Part shown: positions 1 to 8,235 of the stretch, piece after piece | Numbering within the stretch: position 1 is the first letter of the stretch | Layout: each line of letters starts with the position of its first letter | Sequence record: MN871453.1 | DNA length: 64,000 bases | Direction: 5' to 3' (one strand) | Notes under the pieces: generated by a model | The model's database searches: none | What the model was told of the DNA's origin: nothing | Seen by the model: only the letters and a program-made list of their open reading frames with translations | Program-made: the position numbers and the translations under genes

Positions 1-79
1 GCGTAGTGAGGTTATTCTGCTGACTGATCAGATCAGCGAGAATCTCGTATTTGGGACGACCGAATAAATCGACGTACAT
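1..79 (-). CDS. 5' end of a probable virion protein (runs off the window edge)
   Basis: ATG at 79 with GGAG RBS; reads MYVDLFGRPKYEILADLISQQNN, resembling the N-termini of the virion paralogues at 50168-53759. Confidence 0.5.
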   Translation of the reverse strand, partial: MYVDLFGRPKYEILADLISQQNNLTT

Positions 80-128
80 TGTGTATACTCCATCTTAATT
101 TTGTAAGCTTACACAGTAATGCGTGCTA

Positions 129-515
129 TCACCAAATCGGCTCGCCACGATCAATAAATCGAATTCTTTCTTTTCTACAGAGTTTTTCTAGGATATCTTT
201 TAAGAGGTGACGATGACAGAAGCAGTCGTGTTTACAATAGCAGGCTAAACAAATCCGTTCCTGATTAATCAACCACAGCCACGGTTCCGGATTTTTGATA
301 AATCGTTCACGAGTCAACCGGTAATAGATATCAACGTATTCCGCTTCACTGACAATACCTTGCTTAAATGGCCAGAGTAATTCTGGAGTGGGCGCAAAGT
401 CTTTTATTCCGCTTTTTAAGGTGGTATCGACAAAGACAATATCCAGTCCTTCCCAAACTCGCCAATCAGGTATTCTGCCTGTCCATACTTCGAGTTGCTT
501 GAATGAACGAAACAT
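129..515 (-). CDS. DUF488-like protein
   Basis: FAPTPELL and LACYC...CHRHLL motifs; start moved to ATG 515, which has a GGAGGAG RBS. Confidence 0.6.
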   Translation of the reverse strand: MFRSFKQLEVWTGRIPDWRVWEGLDIVFVDTTLKSGIKDFAPTPELLWPFKQGIVSEAEYVDIYYRLTRERFIKNPEPWLWLINQERICLACYCKHDCFCHRHLLKDILEKLCRKERIRFIDRGEPIW

Positions 516-582
516 CTCTCCTCCGTTCAATGAAACCAAAAAAAAAAACAATGAGACGATTAACCTGCTTAGGTCAAATGAC

Positions 583-1104
583 CTAAGCATAGAAGTTTAA
601 CCATTCCAGAAAACGCCGACTGCGTTTTTCGATGTTCCCTTCAACTGGGTATCTTGATGCGTAATCTTCGTTGAGGGTCAGCGGATAAAACTCTGGGTTT
701 CTCTCGGTGGCGTACATTAAATGCAATACGTAGTGCCGGGTACCGTAAACGTCCAGGAAAGTCCAGAGTACATAACGTTGAAAGGCGTGCTTAAACGTAT
801 CCAATCTCAGCTTTTTGAACAGTCGATAAAATTCCGTGATATCAATCTTTAGTGCTTCAAGACTAGTGATCTGAACTGGGACACCGAGCTGAAGTGATAA
901 CCGGAATCCCCGGCAACGATACTCCCTCGCATTCATTCCCAGATATTCGACGATCAGTTTAGACCCGATGCGTTTATACGTTATATCCGTGGTCGCACGC
1001 GTCGTTTCACCTACACGTCTACCGAAGGTGGTGGTGTCAATTCGATATTTTGCCAGGTCTTCTACGGCTTTCAGAAAGGACAATTTACTGACTTTGAGGC
1101 GCAT
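583..1104 (-). CDS. hypothetical protein
   Basis: 173-aa ORF with GAGAG RBS, co-oriented with neighbours. Confidence 0.75.
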   Translation of the reverse strand: MRLKVSKLSFLKAVEDLAKYRIDTTTFGRRVGETTRATTDITYKRIGSKLIVEYLGMNAREYRCRGFRLSLQLGVPVQITSLEALKIDITEFYRLFKKLRLDTFKHAFQRYVLWTFLDVYGTRHYVLHLMYATERNPEFYPLTLNEDYASRYPVEGNIEKRSRRFLEWLNFYA

Positions 1105-1119
1105 AGTTTCTCTCTTCGA

Positions 1120-1152
1120 AAAATAAAAGAAAGAGAGGCCAGCGCCTCTCTT
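1120..1152. repeat. 33-bp direct repeat copy 1 (terminator hairpin AAGAGAGGC-cagc-GCCTCTCTT plus A tract)
   Basis: 32/33 identical to 4182-4214; T tract follows the hairpin on the minus strand. Confidence 0.85.
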
Positions 1153-1157
1153 GGTAT

Positions 1158-1709
1158 TTACGCTCTGACCTGTTTCAGCCAGGCGTCGTCAAGACCCGCT
1201 TCTTTCGCGGTTTTACGATTCACGTACTCGGTCAGGTCTGGATCGTGACGGGTCACCAGGAAATGCAGGGCACGGAGACCGGCTAACCAGAAATCGGTTT
1301 CGAGGAATTTGTATTCGCACGCCGGATGGAGGACAGTGAATTCCCAGCATTCCGCTTCGTCAGATTCCGTTTCCGCCACGTTGCGGTACTTGATCTGACC
1401 ACTGGTTGATTCCAGATAACGATTAACAGCCTGGATTGACAATGCGTGACCTTTAGGGACATCGAAGCCCAAACCGATGAACAGTGAATGGGTCAGGGAC
1501 ATCTTGGAGATACGATCAACGTACTCTTCGTGTTTGGCGATGATCTCTTCTTTGCTCGGCGGGACTTCGCCGTCTTTGATGATTTCCGGGTAAGAGGAAT
1601 CAACCAGCACGAAGTCTTCGTGTTTGAAATCCTTCAGGACTTCCTGTTTCATTTCGCTGTCAATAGTTGCGGCAGCAGAGATTGCTTCGTTTACAACGGT
1701 GTTTTCCAT
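1158..1709 (-). CDS. hypothetical acidic protein
   Basis: 183-aa ORF flanked by terminator hairpins. Confidence 0.8.
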   Translation of the reverse strand: MENTVVNEAISAAATIDSEMKQEVLKDFKHEDFVLVDSSYPEIIKDGEVPPSKEEIIAKHEEYVDRISKMSLTHSLFIGLGFDVPKGHALSIQAVNRYLESTSGQIKYRNVAETESDEAECWEFTVLHPACEYKFLETDFWLAGLRALHFLVTRHDPDLTEYVNRKTAKEAGLDDAWLKQVRA

Positions 1710-1739
1710 TTGATAATTAACCTAATTGAAAGAAAAGAA

Positions 1740-1762
1740 AAAGCGGGGAAACACCCCGCTTT
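1740..1762 (-). terminator. intrinsic terminator
   Basis: AAAGCGGGG-aaaca-CCCCGCTTT downstream of 1786-2247, with T-rich tail on minus strand. Confidence 0.8.
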
Positions 1763-1785
1763 ATTAAACTACCCGGCCGCCGAAA

Positions 1786-2247
1786 TTAATCGGACAGTTC
1801 GGAAGTTTTGGATTCGATCATACGGCGAACTGCGACGTGATCTTCGCGCTCTTTACGGCGATATGCCACGGTCACCGACGGGTCTTTCATGGTGCCGTCA
1901 GCCTTTTTACCGGTCGGCGGAGTATAGTTAACCGCAACGCCTGTTTTACCCGTCTGGATAACACCCCAAACGCGTTTGGTGTCGCGATGAGTTTTCAGGT
2001 GATCGATGGCCTTAGGGCCGGCGTTATGCAGCAGCGCGGTGGCGAACAGGCTTTCGTATTCCTGAACCGCTTCGATCTTGTCTTTGATATCCGCCGGCGC
2101 GTTATCCATGAAACAGTCTACGCCTTCTTTCTGCGAGATGGTTCCATGTTCTGAGACGAAAATGCTGTCGCCGATTTTAGCGGAAAGGTCCAGTACCTCT
2201 TTAGAAATTTCCAGTACGGTTTCTTTCTTTTCTTTTACATCTGACAT
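1786..2247 (-). CDS. hypothetical protein (probably early)
   Basis: 153-aa ORF, GAGG RBS, downstream of candidate early promoter. Confidence 0.85.
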   Translation of the reverse strand: MSDVKEKKETVLEISKEVLDLSAKIGDSIFVSEHGTISQKEGVDCFMDNAPADIKDKIEAVQEYESLFATALLHNAGPKAIDHLKTHRDTKRVWGVIQTGKTGVAVNYTPPTGKKADGTMKDPSVTVAYRRKEREDHVAVRRMIESKTSELSD

Positions 2248-2350
2248 TTGTATTTCCTCAATTGAGTGTGTTTCGATGAGATTAATAAGAACTGCAGTTC
2301 TACTACTTCACTATCGACCGATGATCAATTCGGCGCGATGAGAACTTTGA

Positions 2351-2370
2351 AAGGTAGATTTCTCTACCTT
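2351..2370 (-). other. stem-loop (terminator or 5' leader hairpin)
   Basis: AAGGTAGA-GAAA-TCTACCTT on minus strand, GNRA loop. Confidence 0.6.
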
Positions 2371-2373
2371 ATT

Positions 2374-2390
2374 TCAATAGAGTGATATAG
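2374..2390 (-). promoter_or_regulatory. candidate early promoter CTATATCACTCTATTGA
   Basis: Motif recurs at 26928-26944 and 38561-38577, always intergenic and upstream of minus-strand accessory genes. Confidence 0.5.
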
Positions 2391-2398
2391 ATGTTAAA

Positions 2399-3130
2399 TT
2401 AGTTTGAAATGGCACCGAGACATTCAAACAGATAGCCGGTCATGAATTCTGCCGAGGTGGGCTTCGTGTATTGGCCGGTGCTGTTATCGGAACGGATAAT
2501 AGTTTGGTAGATGTTACCAAACGTCGTGGCGTTACTGTCGTCAAATAACACCTTAAACAGTCCCTGATGGATCGCAGCGTAAAGATCAGTAGATTTTACC
2601 CCTTCTGTTACAAAGTCGCTCACAAAGCTGTCTGTTTCGTTATACTGATCAACGAGTAACGGGTGAGCGTTCTTCAGGAGGAAGTAAAACTCTTTCGCCA
2701 ACGACGTCAGTAATTCACTCCGTTTGTCTTCATTACTGAGGTAGATTTTATACAGCTCATTACTGTAACCGGTCACCCAATTGGTGCCGACAGTACGCGC
2801 TTCTTCGCGGAATTTCGTTTCCGGTTTCAGGTAATACCCGATCCCTTCGGTCAGGGAAAGGTAGGTCAATGCATCCGGGTTATCGATCGGCGCGTTCAGG
2901 TAAAGGACACTTCCTTCAACGCGATACGTTTCAACGCTCGGGTCGATGACGATTTCCACGTTTTCGAGTTGATACTTTTCACCGATAGCATGGACGCCGT
3001 ACACGAAGACTTGACCCGGGACAATCACTCCTTCGATGGTTTCCTTCACCGCCTGTGCTAAAGCAACTAGACGTTGGGTTTCACTGGCGTTGAGACCCTT
3101 GATGCCGTTGAGCAGACTGGATGGTTGCAT
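2399..3130 (-). CDS. hypothetical protein
   Basis: 243-aa ORF, GAGGTG RBS. Confidence 0.85.
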   Translation of the reverse strand: MQPSSLLNGIKGLNASETQRLVALAQAVKETIEGVIVPGQVFVYGVHAIGEKYQLENVEIVIDPSVETYRVEGSVLYLNAPIDNPDALTYLSLTEGIGYYLKPETKFREEARTVGTNWVTGYSNELYKIYLSNEDKRSELLTSLAKEFYFLLKNAHPLLVDQYNETDSFVSDFVTEGVKSTDLYAAIHQGLFKVLFDDSNATTFGNIYQTIIRSDNSTGQYTKPTSAEFMTGYLFECLGAISN

Positions 3131-3201
3131 GGCTACACCTCAATAGTTTTACGTTTACATAGTAGGAACGGTAACTGTAAGGTTTGAAATGTTACAGCAT
3201 A

Positions 3202-3227
3202 GAGAGGAGGGCGTCTGCCCTCCTCTC
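3202..3227 (-). terminator. stem-loop, probable terminator
   Basis: 11-bp perfect stem GAGAGGAGGGC/GCCCTCCTCTC immediately after the stop of 3234-3395. Confidence 0.7.
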
Positions 3228-3233
3228 ATCTGG

Positions 3234-3395
3234 TTAATGTCTCTGCGGTTTATTTGTCGGCGTAGGGAGTGTTACTCCTTTAAACCGGCATTCTTTGTAA
3301 ACATTCCGTAAAAAGCGTTGGCGGTCTTCTTCACGTTGTTTCTCGATTCGTTCGTCACCAGGGAATCTGGCGATATAGCAGGGGCGTTTCACCAT
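3234..3395 (-). CDS. small basic protein, 53 aa (absent from ORF track)
   Basis: MVKRPCYIARFPGDERIEKQREEDRQRFLRNVYKECRFKGVTLPTPTNKPQRH; AAGGTG RBS; fills the gap and ends at a hairpin. Confidence 0.6.
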   Translation of the reverse strand: MVKRPCYIARFPGDERIEKQREEDRQRFLRNVYKECRFKGVTLPTPTNKPQRH

Positions 3396-3433
3396 AGCGT
3401 TCACCTTTTGTTCATGTGGGCTTTACCGGCCCG

Positions 3434-4111
3434 TTAGACAGTCGGGTTACTCTTGCTCGTTATCCACTGACTCGCAAGTGTTTTGAGTGATCCACCGCGA
3501 TCGACGAAAACACTCAAATTACTGTTGTCAGTGTAGACTACATTGCGGTCTTCGCTATTGACGGTAGCGGAGACAATGACATGGTTTCCTTTCACAAGTG
3601 CATTTTCGCTTATGATAGTACGAAGCGTGTAACCCACGATATCAATAAGATCAGACAACTGCTTATAGCGGTATTGTCCATCGTTGGTTGTGTCCTCTTC
3701 GTAGTCAGTACGTAAGGATTCGAATAAATAGTATCCTACCCACAGCGGTGCCACCGCGTAGATACTCGGGTTAAAAACGTTGTCGAGTCGGGGAAGGAGA
3801 CTATAGTGGTACAAAGTCGTCACGCCGTAACCCAGATTTGCCAACGTGTTAAGAACAAATCCATCCGGGAGGGCGTTGATCTTGGCGTCAATTCCTGGAA
3901 ATTTAGTTCCCAGGTGACTGATAAGACGGGAGCGTACTTCCGTTTCTCGCATATTGATTGGCCAAGATAAAATAGGAACTTGCTTAAACGGTTTATTCTC
4001 GCCTGCAAAATCCGAAGCACTCGGCGTTCTTGTCCAAGGAGTTAATAACTCAATCGACTGGATAATAGCAGGGAGCGTACTGTCGTCGTAAATTCCAACT
4101 GAAGTGGGCAT
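3434..4111 (-). CDS. hypothetical protein
   Basis: 225-aa ORF, GAGAGG RBS. Confidence 0.85.
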   Translation of the reverse strand: MPTSVGIYDDSTLPAIIQSIELLTPWTRTPSASDFAGENKPFKQVPILSWPINMRETEVRSRLISHLGTKFPGIDAKINALPDGFVLNTLANLGYGVTTLYHYSLLPRLDNVFNPSIYAVAPLWVGYYLFESLRTDYEEDTTNDGQYRYKQLSDLIDIVGYTLRTIISENALVKGNHVIVSATVNSEDRNVVYTDNSNLSVFVDRGGSLKTLASQWITSKSNPTV

Positions 4112-4181
4112 GATAAATCCTCTCTTCGTAATAAGTGTCTCTTAAATTAAATCAGATTTTAAGTATTATCATAAAACTAAG

Positions 4182-4214
4182 AAAATAAAAGAAAGAGAGG
4201 CCAACGCCTCTCTT
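4182..4214. repeat. 33-bp direct repeat copy 2 / terminator of the protease operon
   Basis: AAGAGAGGC-caac-GCCTCTCTT plus A tract; one mismatch versus 1120-1152. Confidence 0.85.
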
Positions 4215-4220
4215 TTCTAT

Positions 4221-4967
4221 TTACCAACGTGCAACCAGACCACTTTTCCCGGAAAGTAAGGTAGCGCGATCTAAGTTACGAATCGCATCAATCGTCCCTT
4301 TAAAACTGGACTCTACCGAAACCAGACTTTTATCTTCCGCCATACTACGAATGATTGCCGGTTGAACCGGAACCACCAACGCCGATTCGCAAGACGGCGA
4401 CATGTATTTGTTCGCAACAGAAAGACCCGGTTCGTTAACGAGATCCCAGGTGATGATGTTATCAACGTACTTACGTACCTTCCCGCCCACGACTCTGTCG
4501 GTCGCCATACTGCGAATACTGAAGGCCAGATTCTCGTCCGGGTTAGCCATGATTTTATCAAAGTCATCACGACGTGCACCGGTGGAACAGACTTCGCCCA
4601 TGATCGCACAAATGCGCTGACCATTCGGTAACACGAAGTTAGGTACTACCCAAACTTTACGGATATGGATCGCCCAGTTCCGCTCATCAATCGTGTGGAT
4701 ACGCTGAATGAACTTACGGTAGTCAGGGTAGTCATACTCTTTTGGATGACCCCACTCACCACGCAAATACCCTTCGTTAATCCGCTTCTGAAACAAGCCG
4801 TTTGCAGCGAGGATACGCTCTACACGCTGCTGGTCATAAACTGCCCCGATGCTGTTATCAAACTCTAACGCACCCAGGATAACTTCCAGGTAGTTATTAT
4901 CGAGGCGTTTAATGTTACCGACCCGGTTCACTCCTTTCAGCGCCGTTACTTCAAATGACATTCCCAT
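4221..4967 (-). CDS. prohead protease (phiKZ gp175 / SPN3US gp245 type)
   Basis: LRGEWGHP, AFSIRS and IITWDLVNEPGLSVANKY motifs; start moved to ATG 4967, just after the upstream stop. Confidence 0.9.
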   Translation of the reverse strand: MGMSFEVTALKGVNRVGNIKRLDNNYLEVILGALEFDNSIGAVYDQQRVERILAANGLFQKRINEGYLRGEWGHPKEYDYPDYRKFIQRIHTIDERNWAIHIRKVWVVPNFVLPNGQRICAIMGEVCSTGARRDDFDKIMANPDENLAFSIRSMATDRVVGGKVRKYVDNIITWDLVNEPGLSVANKYMSPSCESALVVPVQPAIIRSMAEDKSLVSVESSFKGTIDAIRNLDRATLLSGKSGLVARW

Positions 4968-4971
4968 GATT

Positions 4972-5697
4972 TCACCATCGTACAATATTAGAGAAACTCG
5001 ACTCATACGAAAGCAGTCCCGCCTTGCGTTCCTTGGCAGCGTTGAATTCTGCCTTCGATAACGGGAACATCTCAACTTGGCTTTGGTCGAACGGCTCTTC
5101 TTTGTACCGTTCTAGCGCAGGGAGCACCATCTGATAATACCCGCGTTTCAACGAAAAGAACGGCGAGAACTTTAAGGACGGACCCGTCACCTCAATGAGG
5201 ATTCTGGTTTCAATACTTTTCTGGTAGTCGTCTTTGATCAAACGAAGTTCGTCGATAAAACACTTCCCGACGACCCGCGCTGGGTAGGGCTGGTCTTCCC
5301 GGTCGACATTCACTAACCAACGTTCTTCTGACCACTCTGCCATCGGGCAGATAGATTTCCCTGGTCGCAAAGAACCCTCTACATCAATGGCGTAGATCGT
5401 ATAGCCACCGAGCCATGTGTCATCACCCGCGCAGTGGGCTTTACTGTCGAGAAAGTCCCGTAACGCGACACCGTATCCTCGCAGACAATCCACCACAGTG
5501 ATTCCGGTACAAACCCGTTTCACACTTTCATCTTCTCCCGCCATCGTCCGTTGAATTTCACGCGGAACGAAAACGTCGATCTTTGGATTAGGTGAGATAT
5601 GATAAAGGACGCGGTGGTGTGTATCGACCTGTAAGGCGTTGATGGCGTGCTCTTGCTGTTTACGGACGAAAGCAGTTAACCGTTCAAATGGTGACAT
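4972..5697 (-). CDS. probable head protein with ADP-ribosyltransferase-like motifs
   Basis: LYHIS...FVPR...ED..KRVC..TVVDCL...SEERW pattern; lies within the vRNAP/protease operon. CDS is secure, function is inferred. Confidence 0.55.
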   Translation of the reverse strand: MSPFERLTAFVRKQQEHAINALQVDTHHRVLYHISPNPKIDVFVPREIQRTMAGEDESVKRVCTGITVVDCLRGYGVALRDFLDSKAHCAGDDTWLGGYTIYAIDVEGSLRPGKSICPMAEWSEERWLVNVDREDQPYPARVVGKCFIDELRLIKDDYQKSIETRILIEVTGPSLKFSPFFSLKRGYYQMVLPALERYKEEPFDQSQVEMFPLSKAEFNAAKERKAGLLSYESSFSNIVRW

Positions 5698-5699
5698 AC

Positions 5700-6425
5700 T
5701 TACGCCCTCAAGAGTCGTTCAATCGGCTGCGTGACTTCGTTAGGGTTCACAATCGCCGAATCCAAGCCATCACCAGTGTAGCTTCCTGAGATCTTCGCCG
5801 TGGTATCGGACGAACCATCAATTACGTTACGTAACGGAATCCACGTGAACGGCGTTGTTTTGAGTTCGTTGTAGCTGAAGAGTTTCTCACGAAGTGGGAC
5901 TTTACGGTCATGCGATAAACGCGCAATCTGTGCGATAATCATCTCGCCGATGGTCGGGGTCGCTACCAGTTGCGTTCCGGTGTATTTTTTCGTTTCTTCA
6001 AAGAACCCGCTGAGCGAGATATAGTTGTAGAAGAATGGGATTCTTCCTCGGGCCAGAATCTCTTCAAACAGGTAATAAAGAAGGGTGTTGTCTTTGACCA
6101 GGTTCAAGTTTTTGATCACGGTGCTACCAGGAGTAAAATGGAAGTCGTAATAGCTCCGACCTTGGTACTCTAACTGACGAATTTCAGCCGGGGCGATTTC
6201 CATCATACTGGGTGTGGTTGAAACTGCGTATTCACCCGCTTCGTTACAGATCGCAAAGAAGCCGATGATCATAATACGCTTACCCATACTGATCAATTGT
6301 TTTGCGCGAAAGGACTCTTGGATCACAATCCGGCAGCCGGTCGTAGTGACCAGACTGCCGTTTGGGAGTTCACGTAACGTCGCTTTCATCGCATCAGGTT
6401 TATGTTTCCACTGAGCGATATCCAC
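5700..6425 (-). CDS. rpoC: virion RNA polymerase beta' C-terminal subunit (phiKZ gp176 / SPN3US gp244 type)
   Basis: EMIIAQIAR resembles EVIVRQMLR; WIPLRNVIDGSSDTTAKISGSYTGDGLDSAI aligns by eye with beta' region H; operon position. Confidence 0.7.
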   Translation of the reverse strand: MDIAQWKHKPDAMKATLRELPNGSLVTTTGCRIVIQESFRAKQLISMGKRIMIIGFFAICNEAGEYAVSTTPSMMEIAPAEIRQLEYQGRSYYDFHFTPGSTVIKNLNLVKDNTLLYYLFEEILARGRIPFFYNYISLSGFFEETKKYTGTQLVATPTIGEMIIAQIARLSHDRKVPLREKLFSYNELKTTPFTWIPLRNVIDGSSDTTAKISGSYTGDGLDSAIVNPNEVTQPIERLLRA

Positions 6426-6436
6426 ACTCGACTCCT

Positions 6437-7969
6437 TTAAGCTACCGTAACATCATCCGCTTCGATGATACCGATCTTTTCCGCTGCACTGAAACTCAGG
6501 ACGTCAAAGTTGGCCACTAACCATTTCGCCAGGTAACGTACCGCGGCGGTATAGGCTGCGGTAGTCCCGTCTTCCTGATTCTCTTGCATCTCCGTTTCCA
6601 CGATGTCGATAATGTCCTCGGCATCGATAAAGGTGAAGATGTGCTGGCAGACTTTCTGTTTGACTAACTCGAACAGGTTCGGGTCGTTGTCAATGTTCCA
6701 GTTAACGTAAAACTTGCCGGACTTGAGATCTTCAATCACCCGTGCCATCGCTTCTTCTTTACTGAAGCCACCCGGGAGTTGGTCATCGTTCAGTTCACCC
6801 AGCGCTGCTGAAAGTTCCGGTACGAAACAGTTAGATAGGCGTTTAAGGAACGTGTCGCGCGAATAACGTTGACGTTGCACTTCGAGTGCCTGCCAGCGTT
6901 TAAGGTTCAGTTCATTATTGGACAGGAACTGGGTCAGTAAACGCTGACCGCCTTTCGGGTCTAGAACGCCGCCAATCACGCTCTCCGGGGTTAAACCCTG
7001 GCTGAGCCCCTGACGGTAGACCGGGCCGAATACAACGATCTCTGCGTCTTCTGAGGTCGTTGCAATCTGACTTTTACCGGTGAAGCGAATCACCAGTTGT
7101 CCACGGCGACTGCAACCGCTGAGCCAACCCAGGCCGTTCTGAATCAGGTAGCCGTACTGGAGTTTCATCGCGTTGATCGTCGCGTTGAATTCCGGTAAGG
7201 TTAACCCGGTACCCGGCAGCGGGTCTTGACTAAAGCTGTCAATCAGGAAATAGGTAATAATACCCAGATCAGTCATTGACGCATCGGTAAAGGTACCAAC
7301 ACAACGCTGGCCTTCTTTCTGCTGTACTAAACCAGCAATGAACCGGGTCACCGGACAAACCGGTACAACCGTCTCGTTACGGAAGAGGACGTTGTAGATT
7401 GCAACAACGGTATCGGCGCCGTATTTCGCAATAGCATCCGCTAACCCGTCGTCCAGTTCGCTCACACCGGTCTTCATTCCGTCAATCAGATCGACGTCAG
7501 TTTTTTCCGGGGCATTTTTGATTCGGGTAAACAGCGGCGCATTCGGTTTGTACTGACCGAACGTATCGATGACGTACGGGTTGTAGATGATCGGCGACGG
7601 GTCGTATTGAGTGATGGTGAACTCTTTCGGTTCCACGCCTTTCATGCGATCGAGGATCTTTCCGGTAACGTCGCTGATCAACGGAACAACGGTGTTACGG
7701 ACATACCCGATCTGACGCAGTAACGCTCCGCCGACTACCTCTGCTGCACCGGCCACCGCTCCTTCGTGCGGTTCCGCCATCCCAATGGTACGCTGGGCAT
7801 TGTTGAACAACACCGCGTCGTAGTTCTCCATGGACGGCTTATGGCTCTGGAAGAGCGGTAAAGATTCGGCCACCGGACTAAACATCACGCTACCGGTGCG
7901 CGGGAAAAGAAACAGCCCTTCATTACTGACGACCGTTTTCGCCAAGGCGATAGATTTTTTATTTAACAT
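6437..7969 (-). CDS. internal head protein (SPN3US gp243-like)
   Basis: 510 aa, synteny between vRNAP beta and beta'-C genes, N-terminal PSME candidate cleavage site. Confidence 0.65.
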   Translation of the reverse strand: MLNKKSIALAKTVVSNEGLFLFPRTGSVMFSPVAESLPLFQSHKPSMENYDAVLFNNAQRTIGMAEPHEGAVAGAAEVVGGALLRQIGYVRNTVVPLISDVTGKILDRMKGVEPKEFTITQYDPSPIIYNPYVIDTFGQYKPNAPLFTRIKNAPEKTDVDLIDGMKTGVSELDDGLADAIAKYGADTVVAIYNVLFRNETVVPVCPVTRFIAGLVQQKEGQRCVGTFTDASMTDLGIITYFLIDSFSQDPLPGTGLTLPEFNATINAMKLQYGYLIQNGLGWLSGCSRRGQLVIRFTGKSQIATTSEDAEIVVFGPVYRQGLSQGLTPESVIGGVLDPKGGQRLLTQFLSNNELNLKRWQALEVQRQRYSRDTFLKRLSNCFVPELSAALGELNDDQLPGGFSKEEAMARVIEDLKSGKFYVNWNIDNDPNLFELVKQKVCQHIFTFIDAEDIIDIVETEMQENQEDGTTAAYTAAVRYLAKWLVANFDVLSFSAAEKIGIIEADDVTVA

Positions 7970-8160
7970 TACACGATCCCCTCTTGAACACGACGCGCGG
8001 CGATGGCAGCACCAATGGCGGCAGCCAGGTCTTCTTCGATGTTAGCGCCATCGGGGATTCTGAGGTCTTCGCTACGGGCATCAAGCATAATGCGACGCCC
8101 TACTTCGAGAATATTGGCGACGCTAGTCTGCGCAATTTCCTGTAAACCTTCGTTATTCAT
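7969..8160 (-). CDS. small conserved protein of the vRNAP operon
   Basis: 63 aa, AAGG RBS, stop overlaps the next start (translational coupling). Confidence 0.7.
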   Translation of the reverse strand: MNNEGLQEIAQTSVANILEVGRRIMLDARSEDLRIPDGANIEEDLAAAIGAAIAARRVQEGIV

Positions 8161-8203
8161 CTTCTTAACCTTATTTTACAAAGCGCTTTGAAAAGTAGGG
8201 AAT

Positions 8204-8228
8204 CAGGGCGAGTACGTTTCTCGCCCTG
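8204..8228 (-). terminator. stem-loop after the vRNAP beta gene
   Basis: 9-bp stem CAGGGCGAG/CTCGCCCTG. Confidence 0.55.
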
Positions 8229-8235
8229 TGGTCAG

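Noticed and set aside
538-589. A-run at 538-548 plus 10-bp hairpin 566-589 as a frameshift site or terminator
   Set aside because: The run is intergenic once the DUF488-like start is corrected, and lies too far from the hairpin for a canonical terminator
4968-5075. Long apparent overlap between the protease ORF and the upstream gene
   Set aside because: Due to the longest-ORF start; ATG 4967 just after the upstream stop is the sensible start
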